Shown piece by piece: positions 10,477 through 19,155 of a stretch of 64,000 nucleotides of DNA. Under the pieces are notes generated by a model, which saw only the letters and a program-made list of their open reading frames with translations, was not told the origin of the DNA and searched no databases. This DNA is from Planctomycetia bacterium. GTDB lineage: Bacteria > Planctomycetota > Planctomycetia > Pirellulales > JACPPG01. The stretch lies in NCBI GenBank assembly GCA_016191115.1, contig JACPPG010000005.1, positions 23,119-87,118 on the forward strand. Reading direction: 5' to 3'. Position numbers and translations under genes: made by a program. Positions within the stretch are counted from its first letter, which is position 1. The number at the start of each line of letters is the position of its first letter.

Positions 10477-12666
10477 TCAACGCGGCAGGTTCCACCGCAC
10501 GACTTCGACGTGCGTCATATTGTCCGCGCCGCGGTAGGAATAGCTGGTCACCAGCGCGCCGTCTGTGAGCTGCACGGTGGGACCGAAGCCGCCACCCTGG
10601 GCCTGGCCGGCTGGCGTCTTGGCGTCGAGGACAAGCCGATCCTTGGCAAAGTCGAATGCGAAGCCATCGAGTGTTTCCTTGCCAAGCAAAGCGCGCACGC
10701 CCAGCGGCGGCTTCAGGTCGCGGACCGTGTACGTCAGCAGCAAGCGCTTATCACCCAGCCGCAAAAGCGACATGTACATTTCGCCATAGTCGCCAAAGTC
10801 GCGGTCCCGATCGAACGTGCGCCCCTCGTCGCTCGATGAGAAAAGGATGAAGTGATCGCTCTGGTCGTTGCCCGCCGCGATGGGTCGACCCGCGATGGGC
10901 AATTCGTTGCTGTCCACGCGGACAAAGGCCCACACCTTGCCGGATTGGGCCTGCCACAGCCAGGTCTCGCCGCCGAAGAAGCCGTAGACGCTTTTGAAGT
11001 CGCCCGGCTGGCACGGCCGATTCCGTTCCCACGTTGCTCCCCGGTCGCCAGAGCGCCACACGAAGTACGGCCCGCCTCCGCCGTCGTAGTCGACGCCCAG
11101 CAATAACGTGCCGTCGGACAGCTCGAGCACGTTGCGCGACGTGTGATTCGCGGCCTTCGGTTTGACGTCCTCCGATTCGACGCGGGTGGTGCTCCACGTT
11201 CGGCCGCGGTCAGCGGATCGATGCACAAAGCCGGTCGTGTATCCCCATGGGTTCCGCACGTCGGTCGCCAGCAGATGCCCGGTGATGAAGATCGTGCCGT
11301 CGCGCAGCATGGTAAGGTACGGCTCTCGCCCCAACAGGTCGAGCTTGTCCGGCCCCGTCCACGTCCGCCCGCCGTCCTTGGAGCGGAAGAGCAGCGTCTG
11401 CTCCAGAACCTTGTTGCCGTCGCGCTTGTGTTGGTGAAAACAGGTCAGCCAGAGCTCCCCGTCCGGCAGCAAGGCGATGCACGGTTTGTAGTCGTCGGGC
11501 TCGCCGAGGGGGACTCTTTCGCAGGGAAGCGAGTCGAACGCGAGCGCGCCGCGCGCCTGGACGGCGATCGGCTCGCTCGTCGCGCCGTCGCGCGACGTCT
11601 CACCGCATTTCTTCTTCCAAGCGGGATAGTCCTCTTCGAGGAGCCGGCGCGGACGATCGCTATACCATCCGTAGCCATTGCGGCGCTCGTAGCCGATTAG
11701 AGACAGGTCGTACTTTGCCGCGCCATCGCGATCCACGAAGATCGGCCGGTTGGTGCCGATCTCGTAAAACCGGGCCCACAGCGGCGGCGCAGCCGCGTCT
11801 TTGACGACGATTTTGTTTTTTCCGGTGGGCGACTTCTCGTCCGGCTCTTCGATCTGGCGGATGCCTTGCAGCCGGGCGTCCTTGAACCAGGCCACCGCCC
11901 CCTCGATGGCCCGCACAACTTCGTCGCTTGGCGAATCCAGGCTCATCAAGAGCCGCACGATCTCGACCGACTCGCTGCCGCTGAGACTCACCAGTTCGTA
12001 GCTGCGCGCGGGGCGAGGGCGAAAGTCGTTCTCGTCGTGCTGCGCACACCACGCGGTCAGCTTCCCGTCGACCTTGACCTGGCATTTGAGAATGCACTGG
12101 ACGCCCCGATCGAAGGCCTGCCCCGCCGCGGCCCTTCGCGGCTCATCGACGAAGTCGTACATCGGCAACGTGCGAATCTCACGCGCCAGTTGCATGAGGC
12201 GCACCATGGCGTTGTCGTTGAACGTGATGTGGCGAGCATAGCCGCCGCCTGGTGGAAATCGTTGGGGCCATCCACCGTTGGGATATTGTGCCTTGAGGAT
12301 GTATTCCAGCCCCTTGTCGAAGGTCTTGCGGTCGCGCTCGTCCTTCGCGGCGCGGTAGGAACGGGCCAAAAAACGTAGCTCGTCGGTCGTAGCGCCATTG
12401 TCGAACGTCGGTGGCGACGCCTGCTGTTCGGATTGCAACTTCCACGTCGTGTCGACATTCTTGGGCCAGCCCCCCACGTCGGATTGATGGGCGCGAATGT
12501 TCGCGGCGATTTGCTGGGCCTCCGTGCCGGCGAACCAATCATCGGTGTTCCGCAAGTATTGCCCAGGCCCCGTTGCGGCGCCGGCGGAATCGGAAGCGGC
12601 CAAAAGAAGAACGGCAGCCAGCACACGACCGATGGGTCGAAGAGAAGTCGCCAGGCGGGGCTTCAT
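10477..12666 (-). CDS. Fusion protein: PL10-type pectate lyase (PelA/Pel-15E-like) N-terminal half plus BNR/Asp-box sialidase-like beta-propeller C-terminal half
   Basis: Signal peptide MKPRLATSLRPIGRVLAAVLLLAASDSAGA from ATG 12666; the listed GTG at 12690 lies in the repeat flank. The N-terminal half has YILKAQYPNGGWPQRFPP....ITFNDNAM, typical of pectic acid lyase. The C-terminal half has four Asp-box motifs (SKDGGRTW, SADRGRTW, SGDRGATW, SSDEGRTF). Confidence 0.8.
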   Translation of the reverse strand: MKPRLATSLRPIGRVLAAVLLLAASDSAGAATGPGQYLRNTDDWFAGTEAQQIAANIRAHQSDVGGWPKNVDTTWKLQSEQQASPPTFDNGATTDELRFLARSYRAAKDERDRKTFDKGLEYILKAQYPNGGWPQRFPPGGGYARHITFNDNAMVRLMQLAREIRTLPMYDFVDEPRRAAAGQAFDRGVQCILKCQVKVDGKLTAWCAQHDENDFRPRPARSYELVSLSGSESVEIVRLLMSLDSPSDEVVRAIEGAVAWFKDARLQGIRQIEEPDEKSPTGKNKIVVKDAAAPPLWARFYEIGTNRPIFVDRDGAAKYDLSLIGYERRNGYGWYSDRPRRLLEEDYPAWKKKCGETSRDGATSEPIAVQARGALAFDSLPCERVPLGEPDDYKPCIALLPDGELWLTCFHQHKRDGNKVLEQTLLFRSKDGGRTWTGPDKLDLLGREPYLTMLRDGTIFITGHLLATDVRNPWGYTTGFVHRSADRGRTWSTTRVESEDVKPKAANHTSRNVLELSDGTLLLGVDYDGGGGPYFVWRSGDRGATWERNRPCQPGDFKSVYGFFGGETWLWQAQSGKVWAFVRVDSNELPIAGRPIAAGNDQSDHFILFSSSDEGRTFDRDRDFGDYGEMYMSLLRLGDKRLLLTYTVRDLKPPLGVRALLGKETLDGFAFDFAKDRLVLDAKTPAGQAQGGGFGPTVQLTDGALVTSYSYRGADNMTHVEVVRWNLPR

Positions 12667-12697
12667 GCTGAATCTTTCGCTATTTGGCACGTGGCCC

Positions 12698-12854
12698 CAG
12701 GGCCGTTCACAGATTCAAGCTTGCCGGCGGCGCACCGGCGGGAAAGTGGGACAGGCACCGAGACGCAACGCCCGTCTGAAAGGACTTGCGCTGTTTATGC
12801 TCGGAGCCAGTCCCATTTTCCCGCCTCGCCATTTTGAAAAACAGAATGGCCCTG
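12698..12854 (+). mobile_element. 157-bp MITE-like element, copy A
   Basis: CAGGGCCGTTCACAG...CAGAATGGCCCTG, near-identical to five other copies. The flanking 10-mers are CACGTGGCCC (12688-12697) and CACCTGCCCC (12855-12864), 8 of 10 identical. Confidence 0.85.
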
Positions 12855-13028
12855 CACCTGCCCCCAACACGCTTGACGCGGATATGAATGATGACAGACG
12901 GCGTGCGACGAGGCAACGTGGCGGGACAGCGTCGGCGCCCGGCCTCCAGGCGCGCGGGACCCTGGTCGTCTACGGGCGCAGTAGCCGTGCCGCGGCATCC
13001 TCGACGGCCGGCGTAATCGAACAACGAC

Positions 13029-14594
13029 TCAGCGATCCGTGGCGCCGTGGGGCAACGAATCGGCACTCAACCGCCGGGCATTGATCACCCAGTCGCCCGG
13101 CTGAAGTGGCGGTGGCGATTGCTCGCGCGGGACGTTGATGAACTCGGCGTTTCGGAACGCCGGCAACCTGTCGGGCGCGACTTCGCGCACTGCCAGCCCG
13201 GTCATTCCCTTCGTGACCCAGTAGCAGCCGGCGCTCGAGGCGCCGAACTCGTCGTAGACGAAACGCCTGGCGACCGGCTTGTCGGCATCCGGCATGACGA
13301 AGACGACGCGCCGCGGCTCAGGCGGACCGTTTCTGGCGGCCTGTTCGACATCGGCACAGATCGCGTCCCACTCGATCCGCGACGGGACGAAGAAGTAATT
13401 GTGCAAGTGATAGCGCGTCAGTACGAAGGCGATGCCGACGGCGCATGCCAGCCCTACGCCGGCCACTCGTTGCCTCCCCTGCCCGTCCGTCATCAGCCGC
13501 CGCAAGTATCCCGACGTTGCCAGAATAAGGAGAAACAGGATCGTGACGCCGATGGCCGCCCTCGTGCGCAGCGGGAAGTGATCGGACGCGATCACCAGGT
13601 TAGGAACGTACGATACCGGAATCAGGGCCATTAGCGCGGCGATGCGTAGGGCACGGCTTGACCGCGACCCCTCTAAACGCAGCCAAAGACCAATGGGCAC
13701 GAAGATGCCCAGGATGCACAGTTCCACGGGAAGCATCTGCCACTTCTCCCAGTGATCGACGAAGAAGTACGGAATGCAAGACTGTCCTACCGGCTGGAGT
13801 ACGAACCGGCCCGCCTTCTTGACCAGGTTCGTGGCGAGTTCCGCCCGCGACGCGATGTCGATGTTCCGCACTTCGTGGACCATCAGCTTGAACGTCAAAA
13901 AGCTTGCGCCCAATGCGGCGACGAGGACTGCCGCGTGGATTTCCCATCGCAGGATTTGCCGGCGGGACCCGCCCCCCTGGGCGGCCACGGCCATCACGAG
14001 CATCGTGACATAGAACATGGCCGCCGGCTGATAAATGGAGAAGGCGACAAACAACACTCCGGCGGCCGCCAGGCCCAGAACTGCGGACTGCCAGACTTTA
14101 TCCCGCCGGCTGCTGGCCACCGCCAGCCAGAACGCCGTCATCGCCGTCAGGCAGGAGTATGCAAAGGCGGCGCATGTGGCCCATACCGCGTAGACGTTGA
14201 ACGTCGGCAGCAGCGCGGTCAGCGACGCGACCGCGACCGCCAGCAGCCACGAGTACTTGAGTCGCCGCAGGGACGCGTAAATTCCGACGACGAGGAGATA
14301 GATGCCGACCAGGGAGGCCAGTCGTGGCCGCCACAAGTCGCCAACGGACTCGGCGCCGTACCACGTCGCTTGAAAGATCAATCCGCTGGCCCATCGTCCC
14401 GCGGCATTCCAGATTTCCAAGACAGGCACGGGCTCCCACAGCAGCCAGTAGTCGTCCCGGTGAGCAACCATACCGGTGAGGCAAACAGAATATGCTCCGA
14501 AGACCGTCGCGGCCAGCAACAATGCCGCGATGACGTGCCCACGCAAGGCGCCGCGGTTTGGTATGGTGGTGTCGGCGGTGGCTCTGGTGGTCAT
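13029..14594 (-). CDS. Polytopic membrane protein, GT-C/GtrC-like putative glycosyltransferase
   Basis: About 12 predicted TM helices followed by a C-terminal soluble domain. Last gene of an operon with a GtrB-like GT2 and a methyltransferase. The ATG at 14594 overlaps the upstream stop (ATGA). The family assignment is an inference from topology and context. Confidence 0.6.
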   Translation of the reverse strand: MTTRATADTTIPNRGALRGHVIAALLLAATVFGAYSVCLTGMVAHRDDYWLLWEPVPVLEIWNAAGRWASGLIFQATWYGAESVGDLWRPRLASLVGIYLLVVGIYASLRRLKYSWLLAVAVASLTALLPTFNVYAVWATCAAFAYSCLTAMTAFWLAVASSRRDKVWQSAVLGLAAAGVLFVAFSIYQPAAMFYVTMLVMAVAAQGGGSRRQILRWEIHAAVLVAALGASFLTFKLMVHEVRNIDIASRAELATNLVKKAGRFVLQPVGQSCIPYFFVDHWEKWQMLPVELCILGIFVPIGLWLRLEGSRSSRALRIAALMALIPVSYVPNLVIASDHFPLRTRAAIGVTILFLLILATSGYLRRLMTDGQGRQRVAGVGLACAVGIAFVLTRYHLHNYFFVPSRIEWDAICADVEQAARNGPPEPRRVVFVMPDADKPVARRFVYDEFGASSAGCYWVTKGMTGLAVREVAPDRLPAFRNAEFINVPREQSPPPLQPGDWVINARRLSADSLPHGATDR

Positions 14595-15499
14595 GACGTT
14601 GGGCCCTGTGATTCCGCCTCTGCCCGCGACGGCCCGCATGAAAGCGAAGCACGCTTTTGCGCGGCCACAAACATGATGTCCCCCGAGTTCACCCACATGC
14701 CCATGCGATTCTGGCCGCCGATGGGAATGAGCCGGCTTATTGCCGAGGCAGCGCTATGCGTGAACCCCTTTCGCAACGCCGTCAGGCTCGACAGGACGCT
14801 ATGAAGAGTTCGATAGACGCTGATGGCCTTGGCCTCCACGATGGCAAAGCCGTGCCTGGCCAAGAACTGCGTCATGGTCCGGCGCGAGAAGTATTGTAGA
14901 TGCGTCGGCGGGTGAATCATGCGCCAGCGGCGGCCGCGCAGGCGCGCGAGCGGCGAGCCGACATCGCCCGTCGTCAGAAAGAGCCAACCGCTGGGCGGCA
15001 AAAGCCTTTCAATGCGTTCGACGACAAGATCGGGACGCGGCAAATGCTCGATCGTGTCCCACAAGCAATAGGCTTGATACTCTCCCGCCGCGATTGGTGA
15101 AGTCAAGAAATCGCCCACGATGACCCGCTGCCCAAGCTCGCTCGCGGCGTGCGCGACCGCCTCGCCGCAGACGTCAATTCCCGCTGCTCGCGCGCCGTGC
15201 GCCGAGGCGTACTCCAGAAACAGCCCGTACGCGCAGCCGATTTCGAACACGGTGTTGACGTCGTCGGCCAGCCGCCGCATGTCCCGCCAGCGGGCGGCGA
15301 AGTTTTGCACGTGAACCTGCCGATCAGCGAGATAGTCGCCGTACTCTTGCCCGAAGAAATAGGCCTCGGTGTAGATTCCGGTCGCGGCGGCAGGCGTCGG
15401 TAATTCCGCGGCACGCATGAAACCGCAGTTCCGACACCGGCAGAGTATCTGCCAGCGAGGTTCCCAGTCTTGGGTCCCGCAGACGATGCACGAAATCAT
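14591..15499 (-). CDS. Class I SAM-dependent methyltransferase with N-terminal Cys4 zinc ribbon
   Basis: CIVCG....CRCRNCGF ribbon. SAM motif I VFEIGCAYGLF. The remaining motifs are consistent with the Methyltransf_11/23 type. Confidence 0.8.
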   Translation of the reverse strand: MISCIVCGTQDWEPRWQILCRCRNCGFMRAAELPTPAAATGIYTEAYFFGQEYGDYLADRQVHVQNFAARWRDMRRLADDVNTVFEIGCAYGLFLEYASAHGARAAGIDVCGEAVAHAASELGQRVIVGDFLTSPIAAGEYQAYCLWDTIEHLPRPDLVVERIERLLPPSGWLFLTTGDVGSPLARLRGRRWRMIHPPTHLQYFSRRTMTQFLARHGFAIVEAKAISVYRTLHSVLSSLTALRKGFTHSAASAISRLIPIGGQNRMGMWVNSGDIMFVAAQKRASLSCGPSRAEAESQGPTS

Positions 15500-15502
15500 C
15501 CG

Positions 15503-16552
15503 TCAGCCCTCGGCGCGCCGTTTGTTGCCCACGGTCGCCGGCCGGTGATCGGCATCTCCCGTCGCGTCTTCGGAGCGGGTTTGCTTCGGTGACGGCTCCT
15601 TCAGCAGGTATAGCGGCCGCTGTTTCGCCTCCTCGTAGACCACGGCAAGGTATTCTCCCAAAAGGCCCGTGAACGTGAGCTGCACGCCGCCGAGTATCAA
15701 GATGACGGAGATCGTGGAGGTCCAGCCCGGCTCGATGCGCTTGAAGAATAACCAGGCCGTTAGAATGTAGATCAGGTAGGCAAACCCAGCCGCCGAGACG
15801 AGCAGGCCCACCCGCGTCGCCATTCGCAAGGGCGCGGAGGAAAATGAGATCACTGCCGCCATGGCCAGGCGGAACATCTTGGCCAGGCCGTAGGAGCTCC
15901 TTCCCGCGAACCGAGGCGGCGCCTCGAAGGGGACAAACGTCCGGTTGTATCCGATCCAAGAGACGATCCCGCGCAGAAACCTCTGCCGCTCGCGCACCGC
16001 GAGCAGCGCCTGGTGCGCTCGCCGCGAGAGCAGGCAAAAGTCCGCCACCCCAGGCACAACGTAGGTGTCGCTGAGCAGATTGATGAGCCGATAGAAGATC
16101 CCGGAAGTCGCCGTCTTCCACCACGACGCGCCGCGCGTCGACTGGCGAACGGCGGAAACAATATCCGCCCCAGCCTGCCAGCGGGCCACCAAGTCGGGAA
16201 TCAGCGACGGCGGATGCTGCAAGTCGGCGTCCATCATGATGACGGCGTCGCCGTCGGCAGCATCCAAACCGGCGGTCAAGGCGATTTGATGTCCAAAGTT
16301 TCGCGACAGCGAAATGACGCGGACGGCTGGATCTTCTCGGGAAAGTTCCTCCAAAACCCGCGGCGTGGCATCGCTGCTGCCGTCGTCCACGAGCACAATC
16401 TCGCTTTGGCAATCCGCAAGACCTGCAAGCGTCTGTCGCAACGCTTCATGAAACCGCCGCAATCCGGCGGCCTCGTTGTAACACGGGGCGACAATGCACA
16501 GCTTGTAAACACCACCGGGAGAACGAGCGGCGGCGGTCCCGTCAGCAAACAT
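15503..16552 (-). CDS. GT2 polyprenyl-phosphate glycosyltransferase (GtrB/ArnC/DPM1-like)
   Basis: KLCIVAPCYNE, VLVDDGSSD, IMMDADLQHPP, and two C-terminal TM helices, as in bactoprenol glucosyl/4-amino-arabinose transferases. Confidence 0.85.
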   Translation of the reverse strand: MFADGTAAARSPGGVYKLCIVAPCYNEAAGLRRFHEALRQTLAGLADCQSEIVLVDDGSSDATPRVLEELSREDPAVRVISLSRNFGHQIALTAGLDAADGDAVIMMDADLQHPPSLIPDLVARWQAGADIVSAVRQSTRGASWWKTATSGIFYRLINLLSDTYVVPGVADFCLLSRRAHQALLAVRERQRFLRGIVSWIGYNRTFVPFEAPPRFAGRSSYGLAKMFRLAMAAVISFSSAPLRMATRVGLLVSAAGFAYLIYILTAWLFFKRIEPGWTSTISVILILGGVQLTFTGLLGEYLAVVYEEAKQRPLYLLKEPSPKQTRSEDATGDADHRPATVGNKRRAEG

Positions 16553-17715
16553 GGAGCGGGCCTATGGCGGCCGACCGTGAGGGAAGAGCGGGCAACAAAT
16601 GGCTGCTTTGAGTTTAGTCGGCCCAGGAGACGGAGCCAACCGAACTGTCCGGCGACTTGCCCAGGGCCGTTCACAGATTCAAGCTTGCCGGCGGCGCACC
16701 GGCGGGAAAGTGGGACAGGCACCGAGACGCAGCGTTGGTATGAAAGGGCTTGCGCTGTTTGTGCTCGGAGCCAGTCCCATTTTCCCGCCTCGCCATTTTG
16801 GCCCTTCCCGTCCGGCGGCCGGCGGCGGCGGTCTTCGTTCGGGCGATCGATTCGGCCCTCGGCACCGCGATCTTCGAGGGCCGCCCTGTTCTTGCGGAAT
16901 TCGTGGCGGAACCACAGGCGGCGCAATTCGACTTGCATCTCGTCATAGGGCAGGCTCAACAGCCGCGACCGTTCCTCGTCGCGAACCTCCTCTTTGAGGA
17001 ACTGCTGCAGTTCCTCCTCGCTCGGCCGGCGCAGGCCTGCGAACTGCTTTCCTGGCCCTCCATGCCGCCGCGCTTGCTCAAACCAGCTCCACAAAAGCTT
17101 CGCGCGCTCCGACGGCTTTTCCGCCTTGTCCAGCTTGTCTTGTGCCTCGGCCGAGAGTGACTCGCGCAACTGCTGCAAGGCCGCACGATCTTCGGGTGAC
17201 GGGCCAGGACGGGCTCCCTCCGGCTGCCGGGCCTGCCACCGCTTTCGCATGAAGTCGTGCTTCAGGAACCAGGCCTCGATCGCCTCCAAATCCTGGGGGC
17301 TCAGCTTGTTGGCCTGGCGGCGGCGCTGCGCTTCGAGAATCTTGTCGATCTTCTTCAGCCGCTCCGCTGGCTCAAGCGATGCCAGGTCCGCGCGGTCCCC
17401 GGGCGGCAGCTCGCTGAGCCAGTCGTGATAGTTCTGCATCACCTTCCGCAGGTCGTCCTTGTCCGCGGCCGTGTCCAAGTCGTCATTCAACCGGCGCAGG
17501 CGGTCCTGCTGCGCGGGGTCGAGCCGCTGGAAGCGCTGGAAGTTCTGCGACAGCCGCTCCTTCTCCTCCTCATCGGCTTGAGCGAGCCGGGCCCGACGCT
17601 CGGGCGTACCATCCGCGCCCGCGGCCGGCAGGGCCCACGTCAGGACGGCGGCCACGGCAGTCAGCGACCCAAGGACAAACGACGCCGCACGAAGTTTGGC
17701 ATGTCTAGCGATCAT
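16276..17715 (-). CDS. Exported coiled-coil/Arg-Glu-rich protein of the ECF operon (DUF3106-like); C-terminus apparently extended by read-through into MITE copy B
   Basis: A signal anchor (LGSLTAVAAVLTWALPAAGA) is followed by a charged helical region with RW/LSP..R repeats down to about nt 16806. Downstream of that point the frame runs through the repeat element, then overlaps the start of the GT2 gene by 277 nt before the first stop at 16276. The native coding part is probably 16806-17715. Confidence 0.6.
   Translation of the reverse strand: MIARHAKLRAASFVLGSLTAVAAVLTWALPAAGADGTPERRARLAQADEEEKERLSQNFQRFQRLDPAQQDRLRRLNDDLDTAADKDDLRKVMQNYHDWLSELPPGDRADLASLEPAERLKKIDKILEAQRRRQANKLSPQDLEAIEAWFLKHDFMRKRWQARQPEGARPGPSPEDRAALQQLRESLSAEAQDKLDKAEKPSERAKLLWSWFEQARRHGGPGKQFAGLRRPSEEELQQFLKEEVRDEERSRLLSLPYDEMQVELRRLWFRHEFRKNRAALEDRGAEGRIDRPNEDRRRRPPDGKGQNGEAGKWDWLRAQTAQALSYQRCVSVPVPLSRRCAAGKLESVNGPGQVAGQFGWLRLLGRLNSKQPFVARSSLTVGRHRPAPCLLTGPPPLVLPVVFTSCALSPRVTTRPPDCGGFMKRCDRRLQVLRIAKARLCSWTTAAAMPRRGFWRNFPEKIQPSASFRCRETLDIKSP
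16662..16805 (+). mobile_element. 157-bp MITE-like element, copy B (3' end rearranged)
   Basis: Same sequence as copy A, but 12 nt (AAAAACAGAATG) are missing before the terminal GGCCCT and no clean flanking duplication is present. It lies inside the 3' part of ORF 16276..17715. Confidence 0.8.
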
Positions 17716-18214
17716 GATCCCCCTCGGCGTCGAGGAAGCCGCGGTCTTTCAATTTTCGCAAGAACTCGATGTCATCGACCTGGCGATATTGCTCGAGGTT
17801 TTCGATCACCGGTAGATCGCGCAAAAGCTCGTCGTTGGTGCGGTTCGAGAGTCCGCTCACGGCGAAGTAGCCCACTAGCGCCGCGGCCGCGATCGATCCG
17901 CCCGCCACGAGCCACGCGCGGCGCCGGCGGCGCGGCAATTCGGCCTGGCGCGTTTCAAGGTCCTCCTCCGCCTTGACCGCGATCATCTCCACCGTGCTGC
18001 GCGCGAACGACTCGTCGACCTCGGTCCGCGGCAGCTCGTCGAGCAGGTGCCAGCAGTGCTCCAACTGGCGCAGCTCCTGGCGCACGCCCGGATCGGCCGC
18101 CATAGCCTGTTCGACGCGGCTCGACTCGTCGGCGTCCAATTCGCCGTCGAGATAGCTGACCAGTTGTTCTTCCAGCCCGCGGTCGCCGGCGTCGGGCTCT
18201 TTTGATTCGCTCAT
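17705..18214 (-). CDS. Anti-sigma factor (single-pass membrane)
   Basis: It sits directly downstream of the ECF sigma gene with a 4-nt gap. The N-terminal LVSYLDGELDADE....VEQ....P..RQEL is an anti-sigma motif without the Zn ligands. One TM helix (AWLVAGGSIAAAALVGYFAV). Confidence 0.75.
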   Translation of the reverse strand: MSESKEPDAGDRGLEEQLVSYLDGELDADESSRVEQAMAADPGVRQELRQLEHCWHLLDELPRTEVDESFARSTVEMIAVKAEEDLETRQAELPRRRRRAWLVAGGSIAAAALVGYFAVSGLSNRTNDELLRDLPVIENLEQYRQVDDIEFLRKLKDRGFLDAEGDHDR

Positions 18215-18218
18215 GGGT

Positions 18219-18926
18219 CTAGTCCGTGGTGGGGCGATCCCCTCGTTCCAGGTACGGTTGCAACACTTCTTTCAAGTTCACGCGGGCCCGCGACAAGAGC
18301 GACTTGATCGCTTCGGGCGACATGTCCATGGTCTCGGCGATGTCGGCGTAGCTCATGTTTTCGAACTTGCTCAAGAGCACGGCCATCCGCTGCCGCTCGT
18401 TGAGGCTCTCGATGGCCATGCGGACGATGTCGCGCATCTCGGCCTTGTCCAATTGCCGGGTCGGCATGAGCCCGCTGGCGGCCTGCGCCAACTGGTCGAG
18501 CGATCCGGCGCTTTGGGCGCCGCTGTCGCTGGTGGCCAGGTTGATTTCCCTGCGGCGCGAGCGGGAGCGGCGGGCGTTGGCGGCCACGTTGTTGGCGATG
18601 GTGAATAGCCATGTGGAAAACTTCGATCCCGGCACGTACCGCTTGCGCGATCGGTACACGCGCAGGAAGACTTCCTGCGCCAGGTCCTCGGCCTGGTCGC
18701 GGGCGCCCACCAGGTGCTCGAGCACCATGACCAGCCGGTTCTGGTAGCGGAGCATCAACTCCTCGAACGCCGTGGCGCTATCGGCGCGCACCTCGAGCAT
18801 CAGCCGCACGTCGGGATCGCGCAGCTCGTAGCGCTGGGCGGACGATTCGCTGACAACCAAGCGCGCGCCCTCGATACGGTCGTCGGGACTGGAAGACGCA
18901 GTGGCGAAGCCACGGGCCGCGTCCAT
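18219..18926 (-). CDS. ECF-type RNA polymerase sigma-70 family factor
   Basis: Region 2 (AEDLAQEVFLRVYRS) and region 4 HTH (MSYADIAETMDMSPEAIKSLLSRAR). The start may be an internal Met. Confidence 0.9.
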   Translation of the reverse strand: MDAARGFATASSSPDDRIEGARLVVSESSAQRYELRDPDVRLMLEVRADSATAFEELMLRYQNRLVMVLEHLVGARDQAEDLAQEVFLRVYRSRKRYVPGSKFSTWLFTIANNVAANARRSRSRRREINLATSDSGAQSAGSLDQLAQAASGLMPTRQLDKAEMRDIVRMAIESLNERQRMAVLLSKFENMSYADIAETMDMSPEAIKSLLSRARVNLKEVLQPYLERGDRPTTD

Positions 18927-19155
18927 TAGACAAGTCTAGGCGACCGACGGCCTTGCGGCCAAGCGTTCCGGTTGCGACGGTCTCTTTCGGCAGTTCCGGC
19001 TAGGAATTAAACCCCGCCATGGCCCGCCGGTGTCTTGAAAGGCCCTCCGCGCCAAAGCCGCCGCCAAATGGGCTCCGTCCGGGCCCTTCCGCTACAACGC
19101 GGTGGCCGGGCCTTCGCTGGCTGGCGCGGCGGGTTTCATGGTTCGGCCGCGGGAG

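Noticed and set aside
12707-12829. A conserved small ORF inside every copy of the 157-bp element (MARRENGTGSEHKQRKSFQTNVASRCLSHFPAGAPPASLNL on the strand opposite to the element orientation), plus a plus-strand frame (GRSQIQACRRRTGGKVGQAPRRN...).
   Set aside because: The differences between copies are mostly non-synonymous or frame-altering (QTGVAS, QTNVSS, HTNAAS, SEQKQ, FLAGAPP). They cluster in predicted loop regions of the hairpin. The conservation is better explained by base-pairing than by coding. There is no SD and the composition is not protein-like.
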